This document shows positions 53,454 through 63,751 of a stretch of 64,000 bases of DNA, one piece after another (the stretch's first letter is position 1; each line of letters begins with the position of its first letter). Made by a program: the position numbers and the translations under genes. The notes beneath the pieces were generated by a model. It saw nothing but the letters and a program-made list of their open reading frames with translations, did not search any database and had not been told where the DNA came from. Location of the stretch: the NCBI GenBank assembly GCA_040384565.1, contig JAZKJC010000010.1:7113-71112 (forward strand). The letters run 5' to 3'. Source of the DNA: Patescibacteria group bacterium. Lineage in GTDB: Bacteria; Patescibacteriota; Saccharimonadia; Saccharimonadales; JAZKJC01.

Positions 53454-54749
53454 ATGCTTGCATCCGTCGCCTTACACTTCGGCGCGACGGATGTGTCCGC
53501 TGCGGGCAATGCCATGAAAGAACTGTTACAGCCCCTGATGTTGGCATTAACAGGATTGGCTTCACTTGTTGCCGTATTCTTCCTGATATTCGGTGGCTAT
53601 CAGTACATGACCAGCAAAGGCAGTCCAGACAAACTGGAACATGCTAAACGGATTGTTAAGAATGCTCTGATCGGCCTTGTAATTGTTATAGCTGCTGGCA
53701 CGCTCACCACTATTCTCACTAGCGCCTACGACAATGGCAACCAACCAGTGATTGATTCGTTGCCGTCACTCCAAGCCATTGAACCGCAAGACGGTGGAGG
53801 TGGAATTGTTGAAGTTTTAGTCAAAGCAATTGTCGGCTTGTTTAAACACATTGTAGTTTCTGCTGCTAAACCGTTTATATCAGCGCTGGAATACTTTACG
53901 ACCGCTACGCCGCTTATGGGAGATAACTCGGCGGTGTTTCGACTGTGGCTGACGGTAGTTGGCATTACCGATGCCTTGTTTGTGTTGGTGTTAGCCTTAC
54001 TCGGCTTCCACGTTATGAGCGCCGCTACTCTTGGGCTTGATGAGTTGGAGTTTAAACATCTCATTCCCAAGCTAGCGCTAACGTTTCTGTTTATCAATAC
54101 GTCAATCTTTGCCATTGATGCTGTCATTAGCGTGTCTAATAGTATGATCAAAGCCTTAGCGGCTACGTTCGGTGATACCTCAGTGTTTAAGGTGCTGACT
54201 GGCATAGCAGATCAGGCAGGCGGTATGGGACTTGTTGCCCTTATGATTTTGATTGTATTCCTGATTCTATCCTTTATCTTACTGGTCTACTACGTCATGC
54301 GCTTAGTGGTGCTTTATCTCGGTGCGATTTTGTCACCAATCATTGCATTATTGCTATTGCTACCGGGTTTCAAAGACTTTGCGATTACCGCTATTAAGAC
54401 TTACCTGACTACTGTCTTTGTGCTGTTTGTCCACGTCATTATTCTACTGCTAGCAGCGTCTATCTTTGCTGGTATGGTGGCGGCTGACACAGACAAAGCG
54501 CTCAATCCACTGATGTCTATCATTGTGGGTATTGCCACCATGATGACACTTCTCAAGACTCAAGGAGTGATGCAGAACATGGCCTATGCCAGCACGGGGC
54601 CACGAGCGATGCGCAAACTCGGCGGGGAGTTTATGCACGGTGTGCACTACATAACGCGGATCAAATCTTCCCGAAGTTCGGCAGCCAATAACAGTGAGCC
54701 GAAAGAATCACGCAAGAAAGGTAAAGATAAGGAGCCTGTGGAAGCATGA
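53454..54749 (+). CDS. Pilin-like N-terminal domain fused to VirB6/TrbL-like polytopic membrane protein
   Basis: 431 aa. Residues about 1-95 repeat the pilin layout (LIFGGYQYMTSKGSPDKLEHAKR...), followed by 5 or more TM helices. Confidence 0.6.
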   Translation: MLASVALHFGATDVSAAGNAMKELLQPLMLALTGLASLVAVFFLIFGGYQYMTSKGSPDKLEHAKRIVKNALIGLVIVIAAGTLTTILTSAYDNGNQPVIDSLPSLQAIEPQDGGGGIVEVLVKAIVGLFKHIVVSAAKPFISALEYFTTATPLMGDNSAVFRLWLTVVGITDALFVLVLALLGFHVMSAATLGLDELEFKHLIPKLALTFLFINTSIFAIDAVISVSNSMIKALAATFGDTSVFKVLTGIADQAGGMGLVALMILIVFLILSFILLVYYVMRLVVLYLGAILSPIIALLLLLPGFKDFAITAIKTYLTTVFVLFVHVIILLLAASIFAGMVAADTDKALNPLMSIIVGIATMMTLLKTQGVMQNMAYASTGPRAMRKLGGEFMHGVHYITRIKSSRSSAANNSEPKESRKKGKDKEPVEA

Positions 54750-55261
54750 AGACAACTGTTGTACCTGCACAAGTCACAACTGTAGAAGATAAGATTGCTG
54801 GAAACCTTAGCTTTACGCAATTATTACTGCTGGTGACACCCGTTTTTTTAGACGGTGCCGTCTTTGTAATACTTCCACCAGTATTTAACTACAGTCTCCT
54901 AAAGCTGGTCATTAGTATAGGGATCGCTCTAGCCTGTATGACACTGGCTATCCGTATAAAAGGCAAAATCCTATTAGCTTGGATCGCCATAATAGCTCGT
55001 TACCGTTTGCGACCAAAGTACTACCTATTTAACAAGAATAATCTGTATCTGCGTGAGCAGAAACCGTTGTTTGATCTTGAACCGGAGCCAGAACAAATAC
55101 TTGAAGATGAAGCAGAAGTATTTCCACCAAACCTTATTCCGACCGCTGAACTAGTGCGTCTTGAAACCGCTGTGCATGACCCTAGAGCAAACTTCCATAT
55201 AAAATTAGGGAAAGGAGGCTTCCGTGTCCATATTCGTGAAGTCAAAGAAGAAACAGTCTAG
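54746..55261 (+). CDS. PrgI/VirB3-like small membrane protein
   Basis: 171 aa. N-terminal ...EDKIAGNLSFTQLLLLV... plus two TM helices. ATGA overlap with the upstream gene. Confidence 0.6.
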   Translation: MKTTVVPAQVTTVEDKIAGNLSFTQLLLLVTPVFLDGAVFVILPPVFNYSLLKLVISIGIALACMTLAIRIKGKILLAWIAIIARYRLRPKYYLFNKNNLYLREQKPLFDLEPEPEQILEDEAEVFPPNLIPTAELVRLETAVHDPRANFHIKLGKGGFRVHIREVKEETV

Positions 55262-55835
55262 TCGTCATCAGATCGCTATAGAGGGCGTGCGGGAGGGTAT
55301 TTTACTGTTACCGAACCACCATTATCGAGCTATTCTTCATATTTCGTCCATAAATTTTGAGCTTAAGAGTGAAGCTGAACAAGACGCCATTATTGATACC
55401 TATCAAAGTTTTCTAAACTCCTTAGCTACTCCGTTGCAGATCGTGGTGCGAGTGCGCGAAATGGACATGGATAAGTACCTCGTGGACTTTGCTGAGCGCG
55501 TAAAAAACGAGCCAGAGGAGATATACCGTGAGCAGATCGAAAACTATACTAACTTTGTCCGTAGCCTAATAAGTACAAATAAAATCCTAACCAGGCACTT
55601 TTACGTGGTTATTCCGTATAACGACAAAGAAAAGGACTTTGAGGTCGTAAAAGAGCAACTCAGTCTCACCCTGGATATTGTCGGCAAAGGCTTGGCACGG
55701 CTGGGTATGCAAAGCCGCCAATTAAATAGTCTTGAAGTTTTAGACATGTTTTATAGCTTTTACGATCCAGGACTAGCTAAGCGCCAACCTTTATCTGCTC
55801 AAACCATGCAATTACTGACGGAGAGCTACTTATGA
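55224..55835 (+). CDS. VirB4-family ATPase, N-terminal part (split gene)
   Basis: 203 aa. GTG start with AGGAGG RBS. AIEGVREGILLLPNHHYRAILHISSINFELKSEAEQDAIIDTYQSFLN is typical of VirB4/TrsE/PrgJ N-termini. Confidence 0.6.
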   Translation: MSIFVKSKKKQSSRHQIAIEGVREGILLLPNHHYRAILHISSINFELKSEAEQDAIIDTYQSFLNSLATPLQIVVRVREMDMDKYLVDFAERVKNEPEEIYREQIENYTNFVRSLISTNKILTRHFYVVIPYNDKEKDFEVVKEQLSLTLDIVGKGLARLGMQSRQLNSLEVLDMFYSFYDPGLAKRQPLSAQTMQLLTESYL

Positions 55836-57622
55836 ACAAAGCAGTCCTAGACAAGCCAAAGGCGCTACTCAAGCGTTCTCGGGTTATAGCAAAGAAACCA
55901 GTCAGTAAGGTTCAAGCTTGGAAGAAACACCGTAATGAGCGACCCAAAAACTTAGCATTATCTTTCGGCGGGCAAGACCCGATGGACATTATCTCTTACG
56001 CTGGATTAGAGGAGAATATAGATCACCTCGTACTTGACGGTCAGTTTGTCCGTTCGCTCTTTATCTCTGGCTACCCTTTTGTAGCCAGTTCTGGTTGGCT
56101 GAATAGTCTCATAAATTTCAACCACAACACTGACATTAGCTATCACTTAAATAGCGTTGATGCTACCCAAGCACTACCCAAGCTACATCGTAAGATTACA
56201 GAACTAGAAAGTACTAAGCGGGCAATGATGCGCTCTGGTAAGATCATTGGCTCAGAACTGACTGATCCGCTTGAGTCAGCAGTCGAATTAAGGGATAAAA
56301 TCCAGCGGGGGCAGGAAAAGTTATTCCAAGTCTCTATCTACGTGACTATTACAGCTGAATCGTTGGTTAAGCTCAACAAAGTAACTAAATTGTTAGAAAC
56401 GGCTCTGTCGGCGCGTCTGTTCTATACCAAGACCGCGAGATATCAGCAGCTTGAGGGGCTACAGTCAATTTTGCCGCGCGGCGAGGACATTCTGAACCAG
56501 AAACGAAACCTGGATAGTTCATCGGTTGCTCTGACGTTTCCGTTCATGAGTTCCGAATTGGTCCAGGAGGCAGGTATTCTCTACGGCGTAAATAAATCGA
56601 ACAACTCCCTCGTTATCCTTGATCGCTTTAGTTTGCATAACGCCAACTCAATAGTTTTTGCGCAGTCGGGTTCGGGAAAAAGCTACGCTACCAAAGTAGA
56701 GATACTGCGCCAACTGATGCAAGGAACGAAGGTCATTGTTATCGATCCTGAACGGGAATACAAACGGCTATCCGAATCTGTAGATGGCACGTATATAAAA
56801 CTGTCTGCTAAATCCAGGGAAAAGATCAACCCCTTTGACCTGTCGGTAACGCATCACAAGAAGTCCGACTTATCTGAACATACCCAAGACCTTATGGAAG
56901 TTATTTCATTGATGGTTGAGGGCTTGAATGCCCGAGAAAAAGCTGCCGTAGATAAGGCCATCCTTAAGCTCTATAAAGGCGCAAAGAAAACACCACTCCT
57001 AGAAGACCTTTTTAAGGAGTTACAGCGACTAAATCATACAAAACTCTGTGAGCGCTTAGAGAAATATATAACTGGATCATTGTCCGGCGTGTTTAATAGC
57101 CAGACCAATATTAAACTGGATAACCGACTAGTCATTTTTGACATAAAAGACTTACCGGAGACTATACGTCAGATCATGATGATGATCATTTCCAACTTTG
57201 TGCAGAACCAAGTTAAGGTTCAGCCTGAAAAGCGTTTACTGGTAATTGACGAAGGCTGGTTACTGCTTGAACACGAAGAATCTGCACGGTTTGTGGCGGG
57301 GCTAGTCCGTAGAGCGCGTAAGTACTACTTGGGTGTCTCAATTATCTCCCAGCAAGCCAATGACTTTTTGAAGTCAGACTATGGCCGAGCAATTGCTTCA
57401 CAAAGTAGCCTGCGTATCCTCATGCGCCAAGATACCACGACTATTAAGAAAGTTGTCAGCGAGTTTCATTTAAGCGAGTACGAAGAAAACTTTCTACTCA
57501 CCTGCGAAAAAGGTGATGCCTTGATCATTGCCGATCAAAACCATGTCGCAATTAAAATCGTAGCTTCTGAGAAAGAACATCCACTGATTACCACTAACCC
57601 AGCGGAGCTATATCATCTATGA
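55832..57622 (+). CDS. VirB4-family ATPase, C-terminal ATPase part
   Basis: 596 aa. Walker A AQSGSGKSYA and Walker B LLVIDEGW. Overlaps the preceding ORF by 4 nt. Confidence 0.85.
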   Translation: MNKAVLDKPKALLKRSRVIAKKPVSKVQAWKKHRNERPKNLALSFGGQDPMDIISYAGLEENIDHLVLDGQFVRSLFISGYPFVASSGWLNSLINFNHNTDISYHLNSVDATQALPKLHRKITELESTKRAMMRSGKIIGSELTDPLESAVELRDKIQRGQEKLFQVSIYVTITAESLVKLNKVTKLLETALSARLFYTKTARYQQLEGLQSILPRGEDILNQKRNLDSSSVALTFPFMSSELVQEAGILYGVNKSNNSLVILDRFSLHNANSIVFAQSGSGKSYATKVEILRQLMQGTKVIVIDPEREYKRLSESVDGTYIKLSAKSREKINPFDLSVTHHKKSDLSEHTQDLMEVISLMVEGLNAREKAAVDKAILKLYKGAKKTPLLEDLFKELQRLNHTKLCERLEKYITGSLSGVFNSQTNIKLDNRLVIFDIKDLPETIRQIMMMIISNFVQNQVKVQPEKRLLVIDEGWLLLEHEESARFVAGLVRRARKYYLGVSIISQQANDFLKSDYGRAIASQSSLRILMRQDTTTIKKVVSEFHLSEYEENFLLTCEKGDALIIADQNHVAIKIVASEKEHPLITTNPAELYHL

Positions 57623-58281
57623 TGTTTCTGCGGTGGATTTTTAGTAAGAAACACTATGAACTCAAAATAGTGCTGGCGACATTGGGCGTGCTATTTGTCC
57701 TACCTATTATCGCTGTCGTGGTCGTAGTATCTACGCCTATTGTTGCCGTTGGGAATGCCTTAGCTGCGGTAAACCCCATAACCCATATAGTTGAAATATT
57801 TAACCCGAACGGAGACAAGGTTGAAGAAATACAGCTTTCAACTACTTGGCCAACACGGGGCTACACCACTGATGAATTTGGTGCATACGGTCAATATCGT
57901 ATGGAACATAACCTGGGTCCACATACGGGCTTAGATATTGCCAACGAATATAACTTAATCGGCGAACCAGTTTCACCTTTTACGGAAGGTAAGGTTATCA
58001 AAGTAAATCCTTTTGACAACGGCACTTGCGGTATCTATGTTAAAGTCCAACATGTCTTTAATGTGACATCACTGTACTGTCACCTAGCTATAGCTTTAGC
58101 GGTGGAACAGCAAGACGTGAAGCCGGGTGACATTATTGGCCTCATGGGTAGTACAGGCGCATCAACAGGGGCACATCTTCACTTTCAGGTTGCCGTTTAC
58201 GACATTCCCGTTAATCCGCGAACATTTATGGTTGGAGAACCAGAGAAAGGAACAATTAAAAGTGTCTTACCATCTTTCTAA
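57619..58281 (+). CDS. M23 family peptidoglycan hydrolase (VirB1 functional analogue)
   Basis: 220 aa. N-terminal TM, HTGLDIA and GAHLHFQV. Confidence 0.85.
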   Translation: MMFLRWIFSKKHYELKIVLATLGVLFVLPIIAVVVVVSTPIVAVGNALAAVNPITHIVEIFNPNGDKVEEIQLSTTWPTRGYTTDEFGAYGQYRMEHNLGPHTGLDIANEYNLIGEPVSPFTEGKVIKVNPFDNGTCGIYVKVQHVFNVTSLYCHLAIALAVEQQDVKPGDIIGLMGSTGASTGAHLHFQVAVYDIPVNPRTFMVGEPEKGTIKSVLPSF

Positions 58282-58303
58282 TATAATCAATGTTCTTAGC
58301 AAC

Positions 58304-60889
58304 GTGCTGCCAATTGTAGCTATTGCGGTTGTTAGCTTAATAGCCCTAACCGTTCTCGTGTGGCTTGGCCTAAAACTATATAACCTGCTGCGACTGTACA
58401 AACAAGATGTAACGTATCTTGAGTTAACACCGCCAGCTTGGACAGACCGTATGCCAGAGTCTACCGGACAATACTTTACGTCCATGCATGGCCTTGGCAC
58501 ACAGCGTTGGCTCGATGAGTTACTTCGGCGAGAATATAGCGTTGCGCTAGAAGTTGTAGCAACTCGGAGTGAGGGCATCCGCTATCTTGCCCGTGTTCCA
58601 GAGGCTACAGTTGAGGAAGTTGAACGTAATATTCGATCTTATCTGCCAGACGTCAAGATAAAACGAACCACCGGTTACTTTAAGGGCAATATCTCTAAAC
58701 GATCGAAAATTTTGAGTTTTAAACAAGCCGCGCATTTTGCCCTACCCCTTAAAAGCTACGAGTTTTTATCTCAGCAAGACCCCATGGGGTACATCACCAA
58801 TGCTATGACGAAACTCAAAGACGGCGAACTGATGGCCATGCAATTAGTGTTTACGCCTTCGTATAACAGTGAGGCAGACAAACTTAATTCCCAAATCTTG
58901 AGCAATGAAGACTTGTTATCCAAGCTGGATAAAAGGCGTGCTCCCTTGCGGCCAAAAATCTTTAACGTTATTAATACTATTATCTTCGGTATTATTGACG
59001 GCCTGGGTAATGCCTACCATGGCTCATCCCAGCAGACCTACTACGGAGCAGAGCACTACTCCCATCAACGTGAGCTAGAACATAGCAAACAAGTTGCCAA
59101 GCATTTGAAGCCAGCTCGAACCCTGAGCTATTTTGAACAGCAACTGGTTGAATCAATCCATGACAAATTGGCACAACCGCTGTTTAAAACTGAAATTCGA
59201 GTACTGATCGACTGCGACACGAAACAAGTGATTAAGCAGCGACGCCGTAGCCTGGTATCAGCTCTTAATCTACTGAGTGTACCTAATTACCAACGGCTCA
59301 AGGTACAGCGGGCTCGCTTCGGATGGCTGAAGCGTTACCAGCAGTTTGCGTTTACCTACCGGCTACCTAGACTGTTTGGGAGCTCTAATCTGTTTGCGGC
59401 GTCAGAATTAGCTAGTCTATTCCATTTTCCACATAGTAAAACCGCCAAGACTGAAAATGTCGTCAAGTCGCTGAGTAAGACATTGCCAGCACCAATCTCG
59501 CTCAAGAATAGTACAAAACTCGATGTTATCTTGGGCGTCAATCAACATCATGGTAGCGTCACACCAATTGGACTAACGGCAGCAGAGCGTGAACGTCATA
59601 TCTACATGATTGGTGGTACAGGCAATGGCAAGACTACCATGCTTATGGGTAGTATTGTCCAAGACATGCACAGTGGCAAAGGGCTGGCAGTGGTTGATCC
59701 GCACGGAGATTTAACTAAAACCCTCCTAGAACACGTACCACCGGAACGGATGCAAGACGTCATCTACTTTGATCCTGATGACGTGGATTTTCCAGTAGTA
59801 GTGAACTTGCTGGAGTTACCAGCTGGACTGAGCGGCAGCGAACTTGAAAAAGAAAAGGATCGAGTTACCGAGTCAGTTATATCTGTCTTTCGTAAAATCT
59901 TCTCAGAAGATGATAGTGGCGGACACCGAATTGAATACGTTCTTCGTAATGCTATTCAAACGGCACTGACATTAGAGAATCCTACAATCTTTACAATCTT
60001 CGAATTACTAACTAATGACGTCTACCGTAAGAGTATTACAGATAACCTGCCAAATGGTACATTGAAAAACTTTTGGAAGAACGAACTTGGCAAAGCCGGT
60101 AATATGCAGCGCGTAAAAATGAGCCAAGGTGTTACCTCCAAGATCGGGCGTTTTGAATTCTCAATTCACACCAAACGAGTCATGGGACAAGCTAAGTCCA
60201 CTATAGACTTTGACGAAATACTGCAAGATAGCAAAATCTTGATCTGTAATTTCTCCAAAGGTCGTCTGGGCGAAGAAGCCTCAGCCCTGTTCGGGACGGC
60301 AATACTGGCTAAACTACAGGTGGCAGCCAACCGGCGAGATATTATACCGCAAACTGAGCGTACGCCGTTCTACTTATACGTTGATGAATTCCAGAACTTT
60401 GCCACCATGCCGTTTGTGCAAATGTTGTCCGAGGCCCGCAAATACCGTCTGTTCCTGACCATGGCTGAGCAATCTACGAGCCAGCAGGAAGAACAACGAA
60501 TGGTAAACATAATCTTAGCCAACGTCGGCACAGTTATTTGCTTTAGAACGGGCAGCCCTTTTGATGAGCGCTTAATGTTACCGCTCTTTAAGCCCTCAGT
60601 TGAGGAAGGAGAAATTGCTAACCTGCCAAGTTTCAACTTCTATATCCGTATTTCTGCCATCCAACCACAAGAACCCTTTTCTGGTGAAACAGTACTGCTG
60701 GATGAAACTGGTAGTCAGCAAACGGCAGAACAAGTCAGGGAGCAATCTAGAGAAAACTATGCGATTGAATACAAAGAAGAAAAGCCAAAACAAGCTAAAC
60801 AACCACCAGCTAAAACGGAGACAAAAGAAGATGACACTACAGATGATGACGAAGGCTATGCTATAGAAACAAAATCTAACCCTGCCTGA
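58304..60889 (+). CDS. VirD4/TraG/TcpA-like type IV coupling protein ATPase
   Basis: The ORF is open from 58127, but the first plausible start after the M23 stop is GTG at 58304, which precedes a TM helix. Walker A GGTGNGKTT and Walker B LYVDEFQNF. Acidic C-terminal tail. Confidence 0.8.
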   Translation: MLPIVAIAVVSLIALTVLVWLGLKLYNLLRLYKQDVTYLELTPPAWTDRMPESTGQYFTSMHGLGTQRWLDELLRREYSVALEVVATRSEGIRYLARVPEATVEEVERNIRSYLPDVKIKRTTGYFKGNISKRSKILSFKQAAHFALPLKSYEFLSQQDPMGYITNAMTKLKDGELMAMQLVFTPSYNSEADKLNSQILSNEDLLSKLDKRRAPLRPKIFNVINTIIFGIIDGLGNAYHGSSQQTYYGAEHYSHQRELEHSKQVAKHLKPARTLSYFEQQLVESIHDKLAQPLFKTEIRVLIDCDTKQVIKQRRRSLVSALNLLSVPNYQRLKVQRARFGWLKRYQQFAFTYRLPRLFGSSNLFAASELASLFHFPHSKTAKTENVVKSLSKTLPAPISLKNSTKLDVILGVNQHHGSVTPIGLTAAERERHIYMIGGTGNGKTTMLMGSIVQDMHSGKGLAVVDPHGDLTKTLLEHVPPERMQDVIYFDPDDVDFPVVVNLLELPAGLSGSELEKEKDRVTESVISVFRKIFSEDDSGGHRIEYVLRNAIQTALTLENPTIFTIFELLTNDVYRKSITDNLPNGTLKNFWKNELGKAGNMQRVKMSQGVTSKIGRFEFSIHTKRVMGQAKSTIDFDEILQDSKILICNFSKGRLGEEASALFGTAILAKLQVAANRRDIIPQTERTPFYLYVDEFQNFATMPFVQMLSEARKYRLFLTMAEQSTSQQEEQRMVNIILANVGTVICFRTGSPFDERLMLPLFKPSVEEGEIANLPSFNFYIRISAIQPQEPFSGETVLLDETGSQQTAEQVREQSRENYAIEYKEEKPKQAKQPPAKTETKEDDTTDDDEGYAIETKSNPA

Positions 60890-60964
60890 GTTTGAATTAC
60901 GCTATAATTTACAGTAGGAAGCAAAAGCAGATGGTGGATAGAATATTTACACGCAAGTTTTATA

Positions 60965-61474
60965 ATGCCAACTACTAGTGAAGTTATAATTTCACCATTT
61001 GACGGTGACCAGGCAACGGCAGATACTATTGCGGCTTTACATTTAGATTTAAGGTTCTGGCAGAGGGAGCATGGGCAAAACCAATTTCGAACAAACATTC
61101 GTGAATCACAAGCTGATTTAACAAACATAGGTTCCTACTATGTTGAGCCAGGTGGAAACTTTTTTATCGCAAGAGACGCTTCTGATAATGTAATAACTGG
61201 TTTCGTTGGTTTAAAAAGGGCTCAAGAGACCGAAGAAATGGAAGCAGTACTAAAGCGCCTTGCCGTACTACCTAAATATCATAGACGCGGTATTGGCACT
61301 TTGCTTGTTGGCGCACTCGTTGAATGGGCAGCAGAGAGTGGATTTAGAAAAATAAGTCTTTCAACTGGTGAAGGTGAGAATGCACGCTCGCTTTACGAGA
61401 AGTTTGGCTTTGTAGTTGTTGGGTTTGATGAGGAGCATCAAGACCACCTAATGGAGCTAGAATTAGTAATATAG
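60965..61474 (+). CDS. GNAT family N-acetyltransferase
   Basis: 169 aa. Acetyl-CoA site RRGIGTLLVGALVEWA. Confidence 0.8.
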   Translation: MPTTSEVIISPFDGDQATADTIAALHLDLRFWQREHGQNQFRTNIRESQADLTNIGSYYVEPGGNFFIARDASDNVITGFVGLKRAQETEEMEAVLKRLAVLPKYHRRGIGTLLVGALVEWAAESGFRKISLSTGEGENARSLYEKFGFVVVGFDEEHQDHLMELELVI

Positions 61475-61491
61475 AGCTGTCATATTGTAAT

Positions 61492-62523
61492 TCAGGCAGG
61501 TGACGGTTGAGCACCAGGGAGTGTTATCCCACCCAAAGCCGTACTCAGTCTACGGACACGTTCGCGTAAAGTCATGGCTTTTTCCTTATGGCCTCCAGAA
61601 GAAGCTGCTATATCTACGCTACTAATATCAACAAGCCTGGTTAATGCTCTTAAGACGGGTCGTTCTTGCTCAGGCAAATGGGTGAGGTAACTACCAGCTC
61701 GATTCTTATCTTCTAAATGGTCACGGTAACTGCCACCACTGGCGTCTTTATCTCCAACCGGATAAGCTACATATCCAGCCCGTGAGGTAACAGCGTATGC
61801 ATGACGTGAAAGTTCCAAGGTAGTTCTATCTCCTTTAGAAATATAGTGCTGCCGAGTAGCAGTACCAAGTTGAATAGGTAGCCTCTCGCCAATTCTTGGT
61901 CTTGTATGAGCCCAAACCCATAAATTAGGGAGTAGCGGGCCTTGATCGTCAAAGCATACTTTTTTAAGCAAGCGTTCCCCATCTGCAGTAGTCGTCAGCA
62001 CGCCCCACTCTAGATATCTCCCGTAACTCATGCCTTGGTCGGGATATAAAGCGAACTCTTGATGACTATCTGCCTCATACTCTGACTCACACCACCATTC
62101 TTCTCCTGTATTCCGCATAATTTTCCAAAATTCACTATATGGTTTGCTGATTGGCGGCGTTTCCTGGTCTGGTTTGGCTATGGGATTGCCGTCCAAATTT
62201 ACTAGCTCTCCTGGTTGACCCTCTGGCGTACTGTTCTTAGTTACATATTCCCTCTGCAATATGACTACTGAACCATCCGGTAGTTCGCTAACTGTCGGGT
62301 CAAACCGTTCATCGCCACTAGCTGCTTGCGTGTCTACAGTACAGTTAAATTGTGCCGCCATTATGACTTCACACAAGGAAGATAAAGCTTGCCTATTAAG
62401 GGAGGGAGTGTTCTGGAGCCACGTTCGTTCAGGGGCACCTTGAAAAGCGTCGACGTCACTAATATCGACACCCCAATAGTCGGGACTTACAAGATGTGGG
62501 CTAGCTTCAATTTGACGGGTCAT
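61492..62523 (-). CDS. Hypothetical protein
   Basis: 343-aa ORF. No motif recognised. Confidence 0.5.
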   Translation of the reverse strand: MTRQIEASPHLVSPDYWGVDISDVDAFQGAPERTWLQNTPSLNRQALSSLCEVIMAAQFNCTVDTQAASGDERFDPTVSELPDGSVVILQREYVTKNSTPEGQPGELVNLDGNPIAKPDQETPPISKPYSEFWKIMRNTGEEWWCESEYEADSHQEFALYPDQGMSYGRYLEWGVLTTTADGERLLKKVCFDDQGPLLPNLWVWAHTRPRIGERLPIQLGTATRQHYISKGDRTTLELSRHAYAVTSRAGYVAYPVGDKDASGGSYRDHLEDKNRAGSYLTHLPEQERPVLRALTRLVDISSVDIAASSGGHKEKAMTLRERVRRLSTALGGITLPGAQPSPA

Positions 62524-62627
62524 TAGCGTAAATTATGCCACATACTGGAGGATTATAAAATAATATAAAGAAAACCTGTGCATCCTAGTACCATATAAAG
62601 ATTATCCGGTGATATAGTATTACCTAT

Positions 62628-63092
62628 ATGAACGTCAAAGATGTGTTTTCTAAAAATAACATCCACATTCAAGAAATCCCGTACGCTTGCGGTCCGAGTA
62701 CGCTCCTGAATGTGCTGCACTTAAAAGGCGACTCTTCACATAGCGAACAAGAATTGGTCGAGTTGTGTAAGGCCAAGCCAGTACTAGGTACTTCAAACGA
62801 AAACCTCATTAAGGCTGCCAAACAAGTAGGTCTAAAGCTTGTCGAAGAAAAGAGTAACGCGCTCGTCCAAGACATTGAACGCAATATAGACGCCGGTGTC
62901 TCAGTGATTGTGAATTACTTTCACGCCTTTGCCGGTGAGGGACACTACGCAGTAGTTACCAATTACGACAATAAAGCGCTGTACTTAGTGGATAGTTCTT
63001 TCGGGCTTTTGAGATTACGCAAAGAGGATTTTGAGAAGTTCTGGTATAACTCAGACAAAACTATCTACGGCTGGTATGCCGCCGTGGTTTAA
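62628..63092 (+). CDS. C39-like (papain-fold) cysteine peptidase domain protein
   Basis: 154 aa. Candidate catalytic Cys in YACGPSTLLNVL and His in GEGHYAVV. Confidence 0.55.
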   Translation: MNVKDVFSKNNIHIQEIPYACGPSTLLNVLHLKGDSSHSEQELVELCKAKPVLGTSNENLIKAAKQVGLKLVEEKSNALVQDIERNIDAGVSVIVNYFHAFAGEGHYAVVTNYDNKALYLVDSSFGLLRLRKEDFEKFWYNSDKTIYGWYAAVV

Positions 63093-63159
63093 GCTGCGCT
63101 CTAAACATTGATAAACAAGTGATTGACTAACGCAGAAATTCTGTTATTCTATTTTTCTA

Positions 63160-63660
63160 ATGATAAATATCTCTGTTCTAGGAAAAGAATCACAGCTGAG
63201 TAAACTTGATGCCCCTATACGAGTACGTGGCAGAGCGAGAATATTTCTCGCAGCTCTGACGGTAGCCAGTGCCCTGGGAGGTTGTAATTCAGGGGGTAGC
63301 GAAGAGGCGGGCTGCGAACCTTTTACGATCTACGCTCAACATAAATGGCCTCCAGATGGTGCCGCTCTACGCAGCGAGCCTAATAAAGATGCGCCCCAAA
63401 TAGCTGGCGTTGAAGGTCCTGATCCGATTCTAGTTGATGGTTTCGTTAAAGCAGCGGAACCGACATATCCGAATAATCCTGATCCTTTCAAGGGTGAATA
63501 TTGGTATCATGCAACAGAACCTGAAGAGGGGTGGGTGAATTCTGCAGCTGTCCGGGCAATTCCCCTTAAACATGAGGAATTTGACCCAACTGGGTTGGAT
63601 CCCAATGGTGGCCCGCCCGCCCCGCTGCCGAAAGAGTGCGAACTCACTAGCGCAGCTTAG
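63160..63660 (+). CDS. Lipoprotein, unknown function
   Basis: 166 aa. Lipobox ASALGGC. Confidence 0.55.
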   Translation: MINISVLGKESQLSKLDAPIRVRGRARIFLAALTVASALGGCNSGGSEEAGCEPFTIYAQHKWPPDGAALRSEPNKDAPQIAGVEGPDPILVDGFVKAAEPTYPNNPDPFKGEYWYHATEPEEGWVNSAAVRAIPLKHEEFDPTGLDPNGGPPAPLPKECELTSAA

Positions 63661-63751
63661 GCAGCATGTCTAAATAGTTGACAAGCGTAAGTAAAAGTAG
63701 TATCATAGAGCTAAATTTCTAGAAATAACTAGAGACAAGGAGTTTATAAGT

